From: a virus
Virus record (IMG/VR): IMGVR_UViG_3300026097_001223
Span: 118,330 to 182,329 of that record
DNA: 64,000 nucleotides
Strand: one strand, 5' to 3'
Below, in pieces: positions 7,731-16,191 of this stretch (position 1 is the stretch's first letter; the number at the start of each line of letters is the position of its first letter). The translations under genes were made by a program, and so were the position numbers. The notes under the pieces were generated by a model. It saw only the letters and a program-made list of their open reading frames with translations, was not told the DNA's origin and searched no databases.

Positions 7731-8762
7731 ATGCAATTATCTGATATACAAAGCTTACAATGTGAAATTACATCCTACTGTAATGCAAGATGTCCGCAGT
7801 GCCCTCGTTTTGATCAATATGGTAATCTTTATCCTGGCTTGACATTGCAGCACTGGAATCACCGTGATATTTTAGCAAACATAGATCTTGATCAACTAAC
7901 CGGTCTAAACTTGGTAAGGATAGAAGGCGACAAAGGCGATCCTGTGATGCATCCAGATTGTTACGATATTGTAAAATTCTTTGTGCAAGCTCCTAGTAAG
8001 CCACTGGTAAGATTGGTTACAAATGGCAGTATTCAAACAGAAGATTGGTGGCACAATCTAGGTGAACTCAGTAATGAAAATAACTTTGATGTGATTTTTA
8101 GCATTGACGGGTTGGAAGATACAAATCATATCTACCGTATAAACACCGACTACAATAAAATCATGAGAAATGCCCGTGCATTCATAAATGCGGGCGGGCA
8201 AGCTATTTGGAAGTTTTTGGTCTTTAAGCACAACGAACATCAGCTTGATACAATTACCACTCTTGCACAAACCATGGGCTTTGCTGCAATTCAAGTTAGA
8301 AAGGCCGACGACTATAGATTTCTTGGCAACAAAAGTTTTGTTGTTTACGATAAAGGAAACCCAGTTGGAGAAATTGAACCTAGCAATATACCAAGAGAAC
8401 AACTGTTGTATTTTAAATGGTTTAACCAAGAAAAAGAATTTATTCCTAGACATGAGATAGACAAACATTGTGTTTGGATGAGTCAAGGTAAAATGAACAT
8501 TACGTTTCAAGGCTATCTCATGCCATGCTGTATGATGCATCATGTGCTCAATGACGTAGACAAAGATCTGGTAAAACAGACTGTTGAACTCATGCACAAT
8601 CCCAATGATTTACTTTTGACAAAACACACCGTCGGTACTATACTGAATAGTAAATTTTATAAATATAATCTAGAAACTCATCTCCAAAGTACTAACCTGC
8701 ATCCAATTTGCGAAACCAACTGTAGATCACAGATAAAGGACAAACTAATTGCAACTGACTAA
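7731..8762 (+). CDS. radical SAM protein with C-terminal Cys-containing (twitch/SPASM-like) domain
   Basis: CNARCPQC (CxxxCxxC), GDKGDP, TNGS, FSIDG, additional Cys in PCCMM and PICETNC. Confidence 0.85.
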   Translation: MQLSDIQSLQCEITSYCNARCPQCPRFDQYGNLYPGLTLQHWNHRDILANIDLDQLTGLNLVRIEGDKGDPVMHPDCYDIVKFFVQAPSKPLVRLVTNGSIQTEDWWHNLGELSNENNFDVIFSIDGLEDTNHIYRINTDYNKIMRNARAFINAGGQAIWKFLVFKHNEHQLDTITTLAQTMGFAAIQVRKADDYRFLGNKSFVVYDKGNPVGEIEPSNIPREQLLYFKWFNQEKEFIPRHEIDKHCVWMSQGKMNITFQGYLMPCCMMHHVLNDVDKDLVKQTVELMHNPNDLLLTKHTVGTILNSKFYKYNLETHLQSTNLHPICETNCRSQIKDKLIATD

Positions 8763-8976
8763 TTTATTAAAATGGCTGGCTACTGGGATACTGGTAATAG
8801 GCACTATATTTAACGCCCTTGGGTATTACCCACTCGGGCCGTATATTCTAGCAACAGGTGGATATGTATGGCTAATAGTTGCAATTCGTTGGCGTGACTG
8901 GGCACTTATACTAACTAATGCTGTAATGAGTACAACAGGATTAGCACTAACACTGTACACAGTGTATTTTACATAG
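8749..8976 (+). CDS. small membrane protein
   Basis: About 3 hydrophobic helices; KWLAT...YPLGPY...WLIVAIRWRDWALILTN. Confidence 0.65.
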   Translation: MQLTNLLKWLATGILVIGTIFNALGYYPLGPYILATGGYVWLIVAIRWRDWALILTNAVMSTTGLALTLYTVYFT

Positions 8977-8988
8977 GAAAAACAACAA

Positions 8989-10053
8989 ATGAAAATATCA
9001 AAAATCCCAGGGCTGGGTAGATTTGGTGTATTCATCGACGACGTCGATTTTAAAAATATCACAGATGAAGAATGGATGGAAATCGGCAAGATCCATTTAG
9101 ACAGTCTGGTAACCATAATTCGGAACACAAAGCTGGATCCCGATCGCTACAATGAATTGATGTTAAAGTGGGGCACTCCCCGAGGCGTAGAAAACTTTAA
9201 TGTATACAAAAAATATGGTATTAACAGCGGAAAAGAGTTTTACGAAAGATGCTTTGCCGAAGATCCCACTATTGACCAAAAGCACCGAGAGTGGGGGAAA
9301 CATCTTTACAGACTAAGTCATCGTCCTGCTCTTTTACGTGTTTCTGGCAAACTGGACGAAGACGGAAATCCAATTGGCATGTTTGCTGAGGGCGAGCTGT
9401 TGTGGCACAGTAATGAGTCTGGTAACTTAACCTTTACGCCGGGTGTGAGTCTATTAGGCCAGGAAAACATGATTGGGTCATCCACTGGGTTTGTAACCAC
9501 AGTTGATTGGTATGAATCGCAGTCAGATAGTTTCCGCAGCGAGCTGGATGAAATGATTGTGCTTCACAAGTTTACTCCGGGCAAAGTGAATCCAGGCCTG
9601 AGAGAAGAACAAGATGTTCTCATGCGAGCCATGTGTGTAGCAGACGATACTGAAATTCCAATGGTAATGAACAGTCCAGGTGGATTCACTGGGTTGCACT
9701 ACAGTGTAAACACAATGGACCGTATCAAAGGAATGACCAAAGAAGAAAGCGATAAAATATTTGATATCATTGGCAAGGGTATCTTTACTGAAGAAAATAT
9801 CTACGACCATTGGTACCAGCACGACGATGACCTGTTGTTGTTTGACAATTCAATAACACTGCATCGAAGACTGGGCGATGTGAAAGGACGACTTGCATAT
9901 CGAATTCAGTACGACTATGAAACTGTGCTTGACGAGCCATGGATGCCATATCGTCAAGAGCCTTATCAAAGTGAATATATTGAACAGATCACTGAACAGG
10001 TTGAATTTATGGGACCAAGAAAGTCAAGGTTCAAACTTCCAGAGATCTCTTGA
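8989..10053 (+). CDS. TauD/TfdA-family Fe(II)/2-oxoglutarate dioxygenase-like protein
   Basis: LGRFGVFIDDVD start, WHSNES at the first iron-ligand position, DLLLFDNSITLHRR...RLAYR C-terminal motif. Confidence 0.75.
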   Translation: MKISKIPGLGRFGVFIDDVDFKNITDEEWMEIGKIHLDSLVTIIRNTKLDPDRYNELMLKWGTPRGVENFNVYKKYGINSGKEFYERCFAEDPTIDQKHREWGKHLYRLSHRPALLRVSGKLDEDGNPIGMFAEGELLWHSNESGNLTFTPGVSLLGQENMIGSSTGFVTTVDWYESQSDSFRSELDEMIVLHKFTPGKVNPGLREEQDVLMRAMCVADDTEIPMVMNSPGGFTGLHYSVNTMDRIKGMTKEESDKIFDIIGKGIFTEENIYDHWYQHDDDLLLFDNSITLHRRLGDVKGRLAYRIQYDYETVLDEPWMPYRQEPYQSEYIEQITEQVEFMGPRKSRFKLPEIS

Positions 10054-10078
10054 CACATGCTCTTTTGTCTAGTACAAT
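10050..10078 (+). promoter_or_regulatory. sigma70-type early promoter
   Basis: TTGACA, 17 nt spacer, TACAAT; followed by GAGGAG RBS and ATG 10117. Confidence 0.8.
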
Positions 10079-10116
10079 AGTAGAACATAAAAGAGTCTAT
10101 CACCGAGGAGAACATT

Positions 10117-10416
10117 ATGACTGGTTGGATTAACTTGGGCACGTTTGCCTATGGGCTATTGGATGGCACGAAAAACGCACTGAAAACTGCACCCATGGAA
10201 TACAAGTATCTGGTCAGCAATCTGCTGGCGGCTATGTGGTGTATTGGATTTGGTATCTACACAGCAGAGTTGTTGTTCATTGGCTACAACATCATCGGGC
10301 ACATCGCTCTTATCACCTGTGTGTTCTTCACATTCTTTGTGTTCACCGCAGAACGCAAAACGTCAGAGCCTGCACCGCCTAATAAGGTTCAATGGGATTT
10401 AGAGCGAGAGGGATGA
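10117..10416 (+). CDS. hypothetical membrane protein
   Basis: Strong RBS; two TM segments. Confidence 0.7.
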   Translation: MTGWINLGTFAYGLLDGTKNALKTAPMEYKYLVSNLLAAMWCIGFGIYTAELLFIGYNIIGHIALITCVFFTFFVFTAERKTSEPAPPNKVQWDLEREG

Positions 10417-10583
10417 GCAAGTTTCGCAACCTACTTGCAGACCTATTCAAAACAGATGAAGAAAAACTGCGAGATCGTAAACGCCGTGTCCAACATCCAC
10501 ATATAGTTGACAGCAAACGTCACTGGGATTGGGACACGGGATACTCAGACATAGAGGACACCCACAATGACAAAAGAAAGTGA
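10413..10583 (+). CDS. hypothetical protein
   Basis: ATGA stop/start overlap with the upstream gene. Confidence 0.5.
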   Translation: MSKFRNLLADLFKTDEEKLRDRKRRVQHPHIVDSKRHWDWDTGYSDIEDTHNDKRK

Positions 10584-10827
10584 TAACTTTTATCGTGATG
10601 CTAAGTTGGTATTAGTTTGGAGCACTATTGTTACTGTGATTGCTTTATTGTTTTCATTAATTGGACAGTATGCATATGCTTCAGAAAACGATTTAGGCTA
10701 CACTCGGCAGATAAAGTGTGAGCAATCACAAGATGGCAGACAGGTCCAGTGCTGGTTAGTAGAAGTTCCTAATCAGCCAGTGCCTGGCATTGACATTTCA
10801 ACGGGGGCGGAGCGTGAAAAAAATTAA
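10567..10827 (+). CDS. hypothetical membrane-anchored protein
   Basis: GAGG RBS; one TM segment. Confidence 0.55.
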   Translation: MTKESDNFYRDAKLVLVWSTIVTVIALLFSLIGQYAYASENDLGYTRQIKCEQSQDGRQVQCWLVEVPNQPVPGIDISTGAEREKN

Positions 10828-11149
10828 CTATCCAGGTACAGCCGGCATTGCTCATGACAGTGCCATTGCCGCTGTAAAAGCAGTGAACGAGGACGACGGG
10901 TATGTGATATTGCCGCCTTATTGGTTAGAAGCCAATCAACATGTTGCATCCGTGGCTCCTGGACACGGACAACTCAGCAATAATAGTGCTATAGATTACT
11001 CAGCGTTTCGAGATGCTGTCAGAGCATTAATCGAAAGTGCAGAACGTGCGGCAGTTGAACTAGCTGGGGAACCTGCTCGAGAAATATTTTGGCAGGAGTT
11101 TATTACACGCAATGAAACACAAAGTGGAAAAATCTGGGAGGATGAATAG
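10814..11149 (+). CDS. hypothetical protein
   Basis: GTG start after GGAG; tightly packed. Confidence 0.55.
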   Translation: MKKINYPGTAGIAHDSAIAAVKAVNEDDGYVILPPYWLEANQHVASVAPGHGQLSNNSAIDYSAFRDAVRALIESAERAAVELAGEPAREIFWQEFITRNETQSGKIWEDE

Positions 11150-11233
11150 TGGAAGACACAGGGTTTGTACTATTTTGTTTAGGTATTGCATTTTTGTTAG
11201 CAACCATGGTCGCTGATACATAGCATAAAAGTT

Positions 11234-11241
11234 TATAAATA
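11234..11241 (+). promoter_or_regulatory. T4-type late promoter core upstream of tmRNA
   Basis: Exact TATAAATA. Confidence 0.6.
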
Positions 11242-11246
11242 ACAGT

Positions 11247-11570
11247 ATTCGTTGAGACGAAGTAATAGGTTGACGGACCCGGGTTCGACCCCCGGCTGCT
11301 CCACCAAAGATACATCTACAACTCCGAGAGAGTAGACCGAAAGGTGAAATAGTAGGAGACGAACGTGGTGTATCTTTGATGGGGCAGATTATGGATTCGA
11401 CGGCGACTGAAAGGCTTCGTGGAGAATCGTCAAGGCAGAAGACGTTAGGATTGGGGGTTCCCGGTCGAAGAAGCAAACTAAAGTAAACGCAAACGATGAA
11501 AACTTTGCACTTGCTGCCTAACTAGGACAGCGGAGAAACAAGGGATGCTTGGCAACAGAAAGAACCTTGA
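11247..11570 (+). ncRNA. ssrA: circularly permuted (two-piece) tmRNA; tag peptide ANDENFALAA
   Basis: Acceptor piece ends CCGGG-TTCGACC-CCCGG-CTGCTCC-A-CCA (11306). An intervening segment follows, then the coding piece starts GGGGCAG (11381) and gives a G3:U70 pair. GGATTCGAC motif; resume codon GCA at 11489, TAA at 11519-11521; GGCAACAGAA at 11551. Outer ends are approximate. Confidence 0.93.
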
Positions 11571-11596
11571 TTTTTGTGCACCTGCTAAATATGTGC

Positions 11597-11773
11597 ATGA
11601 TTTATGTATTGGTGTTAATAGGCGTACTCAACTCTACAGCTGAAGTAGAAACTCTTGGCACATTTACCACCATGCAAGAATGTTTTCAAGCACGTGAGCA
11701 GGTTGTGGAATCCATTGGGAGACCAATCATCAACTATCAAGCAGTGTGTGTATTACATAAACACAGTCAATAA
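11597..11773 (+). CDS. small secreted/membrane hypothetical protein
   Basis: ATG 5 nt after TAAATA; hydrophobic N-terminus; F.TMQECF...QAVC two-Cys pattern like 5089-5337. Confidence 0.55.
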   Translation: MIYVLVLIGVLNSTAEVETLGTFTTMQECFQAREQVVESIGRPIINYQAVCVLHKHSQ

Positions 11774-11815
11774 CATCCATAAAAAAATACCATTGCAAAA
11801 ACCGCTATATTTGCG

Positions 11816-11845
11816 TTGACAACATAGTCTACGTTAATATATAGT
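11816..11845 (+). promoter_or_regulatory. sigma70-type promoter
   Basis: TTGACA, 18 nt spacer, TATAGT, upstream of peroxiredoxin (AAGGAG RBS). Confidence 0.5.
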
Positions 11846-11875
11846 ACACATATACTTTTTAATCAAGGAGTAACA

Positions 11876-12448
11876 ATGAAAGAAGGACAAAAGGTGCCAG
11901 AGGTAACCTTTAAGTATCGTGTTCGCACAGACGGCAAACCCATCACATATGTTGATGAGACCAATGGTGGCGACAATCCATTTGAGTTCAAAGACATTTC
12001 AACAGCAGACATCTTCGGCGGAAAAACAGTTGTAGTATTTTCGCTGCCAGGGGCATACACACCAACCTGTAGTACATATCAAGTGCCAGGATTTGAAGAA
12101 AAATATGCTGATTTTGTAAATCACGGTGTAGATGATATCTACGTATTAAGTGTAAATGACACATTTGTTATGCGTCGTTGGATGATTGATCAGGGTGTGA
12201 AAAACATCAAGTTCATTCCAGATGGCAATGGTGAATTTACAGAAGGCATGGGCATGCTTAATTGCATGACAGCAGTGGGCTTTGGCAACCGCAGTCGTCG
12301 GTATGCCATGATTGTCAAGGATGGCACCATAGAGAAGATGTTTGTTGAACCAGATTCAACAGCAGACAATCCCGATCCATATGGCAAAAGTTCGCCCGAG
12401 TCGGTATTAGAATATCTTTTCGAAGAAACAATAGCTGAGTTAACATAA
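11876..12448 (+). CDS. peroxiredoxin (Prx5 type)
   Basis: FSLPGAYTPTCS peroxidatic motif, SVNDTFVM, FIPDGNGEFT, RSRRYAMIV.DG. Confidence 0.93.
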   Translation: MKEGQKVPEVTFKYRVRTDGKPITYVDETNGGDNPFEFKDISTADIFGGKTVVVFSLPGAYTPTCSTYQVPGFEEKYADFVNHGVDDIYVLSVNDTFVMRRWMIDQGVKNIKFIPDGNGEFTEGMGMLNCMTAVGFGNRSRRYAMIVKDGTIEKMFVEPDSTADNPDPYGKSSPESVLEYLFEETIAELT

Positions 12449-12458
12449 GGAGAAAACT

Positions 12459-12893
12459 ATGAGCGTTAAAGGCACTAAAACAGAACAGGCATTGAAAGAT
12501 GCTTTTGCAGGCGAATCAAAAGCAAACCGTCGCTATTTGTATTTTGCAAACATGGCAGACATTGAAGGTGCTCCAGAAGTAGCCAATGTATTCCGTAATA
12601 CAGCAGAAGGCGAGACTGGTCACGCACACGGCCACATGGAGTATCTAATCACAGGCGGTGCAGGTGATCCAGAAACAGATCTTCCAGCAGGCAATGTGGT
12701 AGAAGCATTAGAAAGTGCTATTGCAGGTGAAACGCATGAGTACACCGACATGTACCCAGGCATGGCAAAGACTGCACGTGACGAAGGCTTTGATGAGATT
12801 GCTGATTGGTTTGAAACACTGGCCAAAGCAGAGCGTTCACATGCTAACAAGTTCAAGAAGACACTTGATGCATACAACGAAGAAAACGCATAA
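12459..12893 (+). CDS. rubrerythrin/erythrin di-iron protein lacking a rubredoxin domain
   Basis: [39 protein letters not shown]. Confidence 0.92.
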   Translation: MSVKGTKTEQALKDAFAGESKANRRYLYFANMADIEGAPEVANVFRNTAEGETGHAHGHMEYLITGGAGDPETDLPAGNVVEALESAIAGETHEYTDMYPGMAKTARDEGFDEIADWFETLAKAERSHANKFKKTLDAYNEENA

Positions 12894-12916
12894 AAATTAA
12901 ATCACTACAATGCCAC

Positions 12917-12944
12917 AAAAGCCCCTCACTGCAGGGGCTTTTTT
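12917..12944 (+). terminator. intrinsic terminator (potentially bidirectional)
   Basis: AAAAGCCCCT-CACTGC-AGGGGCTTTTTT. Confidence 0.85.
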
Positions 12945-12956
12945 GTAAATACAGTT

Positions 12957-13124
12957 ATGGAAAAAGTCTACTGGGTTTTATTGCCAGGATCAGCTCGTGC
13001 GCAGCCTCTTACTCAACAGCAGTATGAATCCTATATGAGAAGTAAATTTAGACTATGGCAAGGCACAATTCAAGGCGTGTCAAAGGCAACTTTAGAGAAA
13101 ACCAGAGACGTTGACAAATTCTAG
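12957..13124 (+). CDS. 55-aa hypothetical protein (not in the ORF track)
   Basis: MEKVYWVLLPGSARAQPLTQQQY...; ATG 5 nt after TAAATA; fills the intergenic gap. Confidence 0.45.
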   Translation: MEKVYWVLLPGSARAQPLTQQQYESYMRSKFRLWQGTIQGVSKATLEKTRDVDKF

Positions 13125-13171
13125 TTAAATATTGTTTCAAATTTTATTAGATTTTATTTTTTTGGAACAAG

Positions 13172-13528
13172 ATGACTGAAACTCAACTGCTTTTTGCACT
13201 ATTCTCCTGGCTGGTTTTAACCAGCATTATATACACTATCACAGGTTGGCAACGTGTTGCTGACTGTTATCGTATGTGGTTTACTCGTGAATACTGGACT
13301 GACTATAACATTATAGAGGCTGCAAGCTGGATTGCCAAAGCCATAATTATTATTCCTGGATTGATTTTTGGAATACAAATTTGGCAATTTTACTTTGTTG
13401 CACTGGCTACCAGCATGACACTGATTTGGGCAAGCAACAAAAAGTTGTTACCAACTCTTGTAGGATTCAACACCCTGTGGATTTGGTTGAGTATGATGGT
13501 AATTGCGCAGAACATAATCGATGTATAG
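13172..13528 (+). CDS. hypothetical membrane protein
   Basis: About 4 TM segments. Confidence 0.7.
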   Translation: MTETQLLFALFSWLVLTSIIYTITGWQRVADCYRMWFTREYWTDYNIIEAASWIAKAIIIIPGLIFGIQIWQFYFVALATSMTLIWASNKKLLPTLVGFNTLWIWLSMMVIAQNIIDV

Positions 13529-15107
13529 AAAACCAGTAAAAAATATAGTAGTACTAGGTGGCGGCACTGCTGGTTGGCTTGCGGCAGGCTATATCAGCAG
13601 TCAACTGCCCGATGTCACCATAACCGTTATTGAAAGTGACAAGACAAAAATTGTTGGTGTAGGCGAAACCACTGTGCCACAGTTTCGTACACATCTCGAA
13701 AAGATGGGTTTACAAGAAAGTCAATGGATGAAAGCCAGCGGCAGTACATTTAAATATGGCGCACGATTTGATGGCTGGCGCACAGGATCGGACAGCAGGT
13801 GGCATGGGTTCGGTGATTTCCTAGGAGAGAAAAGTATTCTGAAAAGCACTGGCGAAATCAACAAGGCCAGTGCATCCAAGGAAACAGACCATGCAATTGA
13901 CTGCGACTACTGGTTTAAATTATTACAGCAAAACAAAATATCAGGATCTCAGTTGAACTGGTTCAACAGCGAAGCCTACTATCTAATAAAACACAGCCGA
14001 GCACACGCTCTAATGGATGGCACACAGGTTGCAAGTCGGTGTCCAGGGTATGCATACAACATCAATGCGTTCAAAGTAGGGCAAGCAATAAAAGATCTAG
14101 TGGCAATGCCAAATGGAGTTGTGCATAAAGTTGCACACATCGATCAAGTTGTTTACGCAGAAGATCAAAGTGTGGACTATCTCATAGACAGCAATGGACA
14201 AAAGCACACTGCTGATTTGTACATAGATTGCACAGGATTCCGTAGGTTGCTTATTGGAGAGCATTCAAAATGGATTAGTTTCAGTGATCGGTTAGGATGT
14301 CAAAACGCCATCGGCGGCCGAGTGCAATACAACGACGACCAAGAAACTGCTTGTGATCCTGTGTTACACACCACAGCAATGAGTGCAGGGTGGAGTTGGC
14401 GAGTACCTCTACGAGACGACACTGGATCAGGCTGTGTGTTTGACTCACGGTTTATAGATCCAGATGATGCCGAACAAGAGCTGATCGATCTCTGGAAAAG
14501 CAGAGGCAAAGAAATTGACATTAAAGTGCGTATAAAATACGACAACGGTATATTAGATCGCAGTGCTCACAGAAACGTTGTTGCAGTTGGTCTTGCTAGT
14601 AATTTTTTAGAACCATTGGAAGCAACCAGCATCAGCTTTACCACTCTTGCCAACGAATTAATAGTGCAGCTGATACAAAAACACAACGGACACTGGGGGC
14701 ATCGTGACAGCGAAACACTCTCGCGACTGATGCGACGAGAAATTGACTATACTACTGATTTCATTTGGTTACACTATGCGTTAACACAACGAAAAGACAC
14801 AGAATTCTGGCGCCATGTAGGACAGCATCGCGAACAGGCCTTGCAATTGGCATACAGATGGTACCTTGACAACGTCGACATACATCGTCGAGAAAAAGAT
14901 TTCGATCACACACGATATAACAAATTTGATTGGGCACAGATGCTTACTAGCCAGTGTGCCTATCATGACGTTCCTACTCATCCAGTTGACTCTCGTTTTC
15001 TAGAACGGGCACTGATTCAGTATCAATATCGAGATACTGTAGGACAATGGATGTCTCGCACCCTGCCTAGTCATTGGCAATATCTATTGCATATCAATAA
15101 CAGCTAA
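13521..15107 (+). CDS. flavin-dependent halogenase (tryptophan halogenase family)
   Basis: GGGTAGW FAD loop, GVGETT, STFKYG (PrnA K79 position), DLYIDCTGF, GWSWRVP (WxWxIP), FLEPLEATSI. Confidence 0.9.
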   Translation: MYRKPVKNIVVLGGGTAGWLAAGYISSQLPDVTITVIESDKTKIVGVGETTVPQFRTHLEKMGLQESQWMKASGSTFKYGARFDGWRTGSDSRWHGFGDFLGEKSILKSTGEINKASASKETDHAIDCDYWFKLLQQNKISGSQLNWFNSEAYYLIKHSRAHALMDGTQVASRCPGYAYNINAFKVGQAIKDLVAMPNGVVHKVAHIDQVVYAEDQSVDYLIDSNGQKHTADLYIDCTGFRRLLIGEHSKWISFSDRLGCQNAIGGRVQYNDDQETACDPVLHTTAMSAGWSWRVPLRDDTGSGCVFDSRFIDPDDAEQELIDLWKSRGKEIDIKVRIKYDNGILDRSAHRNVVAVGLASNFLEPLEATSISFTTLANELIVQLIQKHNGHWGHRDSETLSRLMRREIDYTTDFIWLHYALTQRKDTEFWRHVGQHREQALQLAYRWYLDNVDIHRREKDFDHTRYNKFDWAQMLTSQCAYHDVPTHPVDSRFLERALIQYQYRDTVGQWMSRTLPSHWQYLLHINNS

Positions 15108-15165
15108 AACCCAGCACTTTTCTATTCCCTGATCCTGGTAAATACAAATGTCAGGTTGGGGAGCT

Positions 15166-16191
15166 ATGACAGTGAAAATTTCAAACAATATATGGCCGAT
15201 AGCAGCGGTTATTCTGCTTGCGTCGTCTTCGGGATGGGCATTGGAAGATGCCGACGGTGAAGCAGACAGCAGCAGTCTTGTGGTCACAGAAAGTACCACA
15301 ACGACCAACAGTACCGTTAACAGTACAAACACCAATACCAACACCAATAATAATACGGTGAATAGTACTAGCACCAGTACTAATACCAATAACAATGTGT
15401 TGAGTGGTGGTACTAACAATACCAACACAAACATCAACACCAATAATAATATACTAAGTGGTGGTACTGACAACAAAAACACCAATATCAACACCAATAC
15501 CAACAACAGTACTATTAATCAAACAACCAACAATACCAGTAACAGCACGATTAATAATACAACCAACTCAACCATTGATCAGACAACCGACAGCACTATC
15601 AATCAAACCACTGACAGCACTATCGATCAAACTGTTGATCAAACTGTTAACAGCACTAACACAAACACAAACACAAACAACAATACCAATGTTAACACTA
15701 GCACCAGCAATAACACCAACACCAACAATAACAACAACAAGAGCGATGTGACACAAACCATCAAGTCACCGCCGCCCAGTGCCATTGCTCCTACTGTGAA
15801 TGCAGGCGGTAATGATACTTGTACTGTGAGTTACAGTGCCGCAGTGCAGAGTCAGGTACTGGGCATTGCAGGTGGCGGCCATGTTCGTGATCTAAACTGT
15901 GAACGCCTAAAGAATTCTAAACAGTTATACAACATGGGCATGAAGGTTGCGGCTGTGAGTTTGATGTGCCAGGATCCAAAGGTATTTACAGCAATGGAAA
16001 TGGCTGGAACACCTTGTCCGTTCAACGGCAAGATCGGTGAAGAAGCCAAAGAAATGTGGGCAAAGTATCCAGAACTGAAGCCTACAGAACAGGAAGAGGA
16101 AACCAGACGCAATGACACACTCAAGGGCATTGGCTGGGGCATACTCGGCAGTGCTCTGCTCATGTATGCTACTGGTGGCGCCGCTTTCTAA
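15166..16191 (+). CDS. exported Asn/Thr-rich repeat protein with Cys-containing C-terminal domain and TM anchor
   Basis: GGGGAG RBS before ATG 15166; signal peptide; N/T low-complexity tract; PPPSAIAP...C...RDLNCERLK...MCQD...AGTPCP; C-terminal TM. Confidence 0.8.
   Translation: MTVKISNNIWPIAAVILLASSSGWALEDADGEADSSSLVVTESTTTTNSTVNSTNTNTNTNNNTVNSTSTSTNTNNNVLSGGTNNTNTNINTNNNILSGGTDNKNTNINTNTNNSTINQTTNNTSNSTINNTTNSTIDQTTDSTINQTTDSTIDQTVDQTVNSTNTNTNTNNNTNVNTSTSNNTNTNNNNNKSDVTQTIKSPPPSAIAPTVNAGGNDTCTVSYSAAVQSQVLGIAGGGHVRDLNCERLKNSKQLYNMGMKVAAVSLMCQDPKVFTAMEMAGTPCPFNGKIGEEAKEMWAKYPELKPTEQEEETRRNDTLKGIGWGILGSALLMYATGGAAF
15295..15740 (+). repeat. degenerate tandem repeats encoding N/T-rich units (NNN(V/I)LSGGT x2; (I)DQTTDST 8-aa units x3-4)
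   Basis: Visible AACACC/AATACC microsatellite-like codon repeats and 24-nt units GACAGCACTATC(A/G)ATCAAAC. Confidence 0.8.

Noticed and set aside
11307-11380. Self-cleaving ribozyme in the tmRNA intervening segment
   Set aside because: The segment is structured but lacks the hammerhead CTGANGA/GAAA core or other recognisable ribozyme motifs; RNase P and 3' trimming suffice for processing.
11060-11476. Minus-strand ORFs and the 7437-7667 ORF overlapping RNA genes
   Set aside because: They are antisense to tmRNA/tRNAs, which explain the sequence better.
11495-11508. 14-nt identity GATGAAAACTTTGC between the tmRNA tag region and 60733-60746
   Set aside because: Both encode DENFA with common codons, and neither match is terminal or antisense; most likely coincidence.
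15084-15756. Hydrophobic minus-strand ORFs (15084-15506, 15568-15756) resembling membrane proteins
   Set aside because: They are the antisense shadow of the AAC/ACC repeat tract (GTT/GGT codons, few stops), with no RBS or promoter support.
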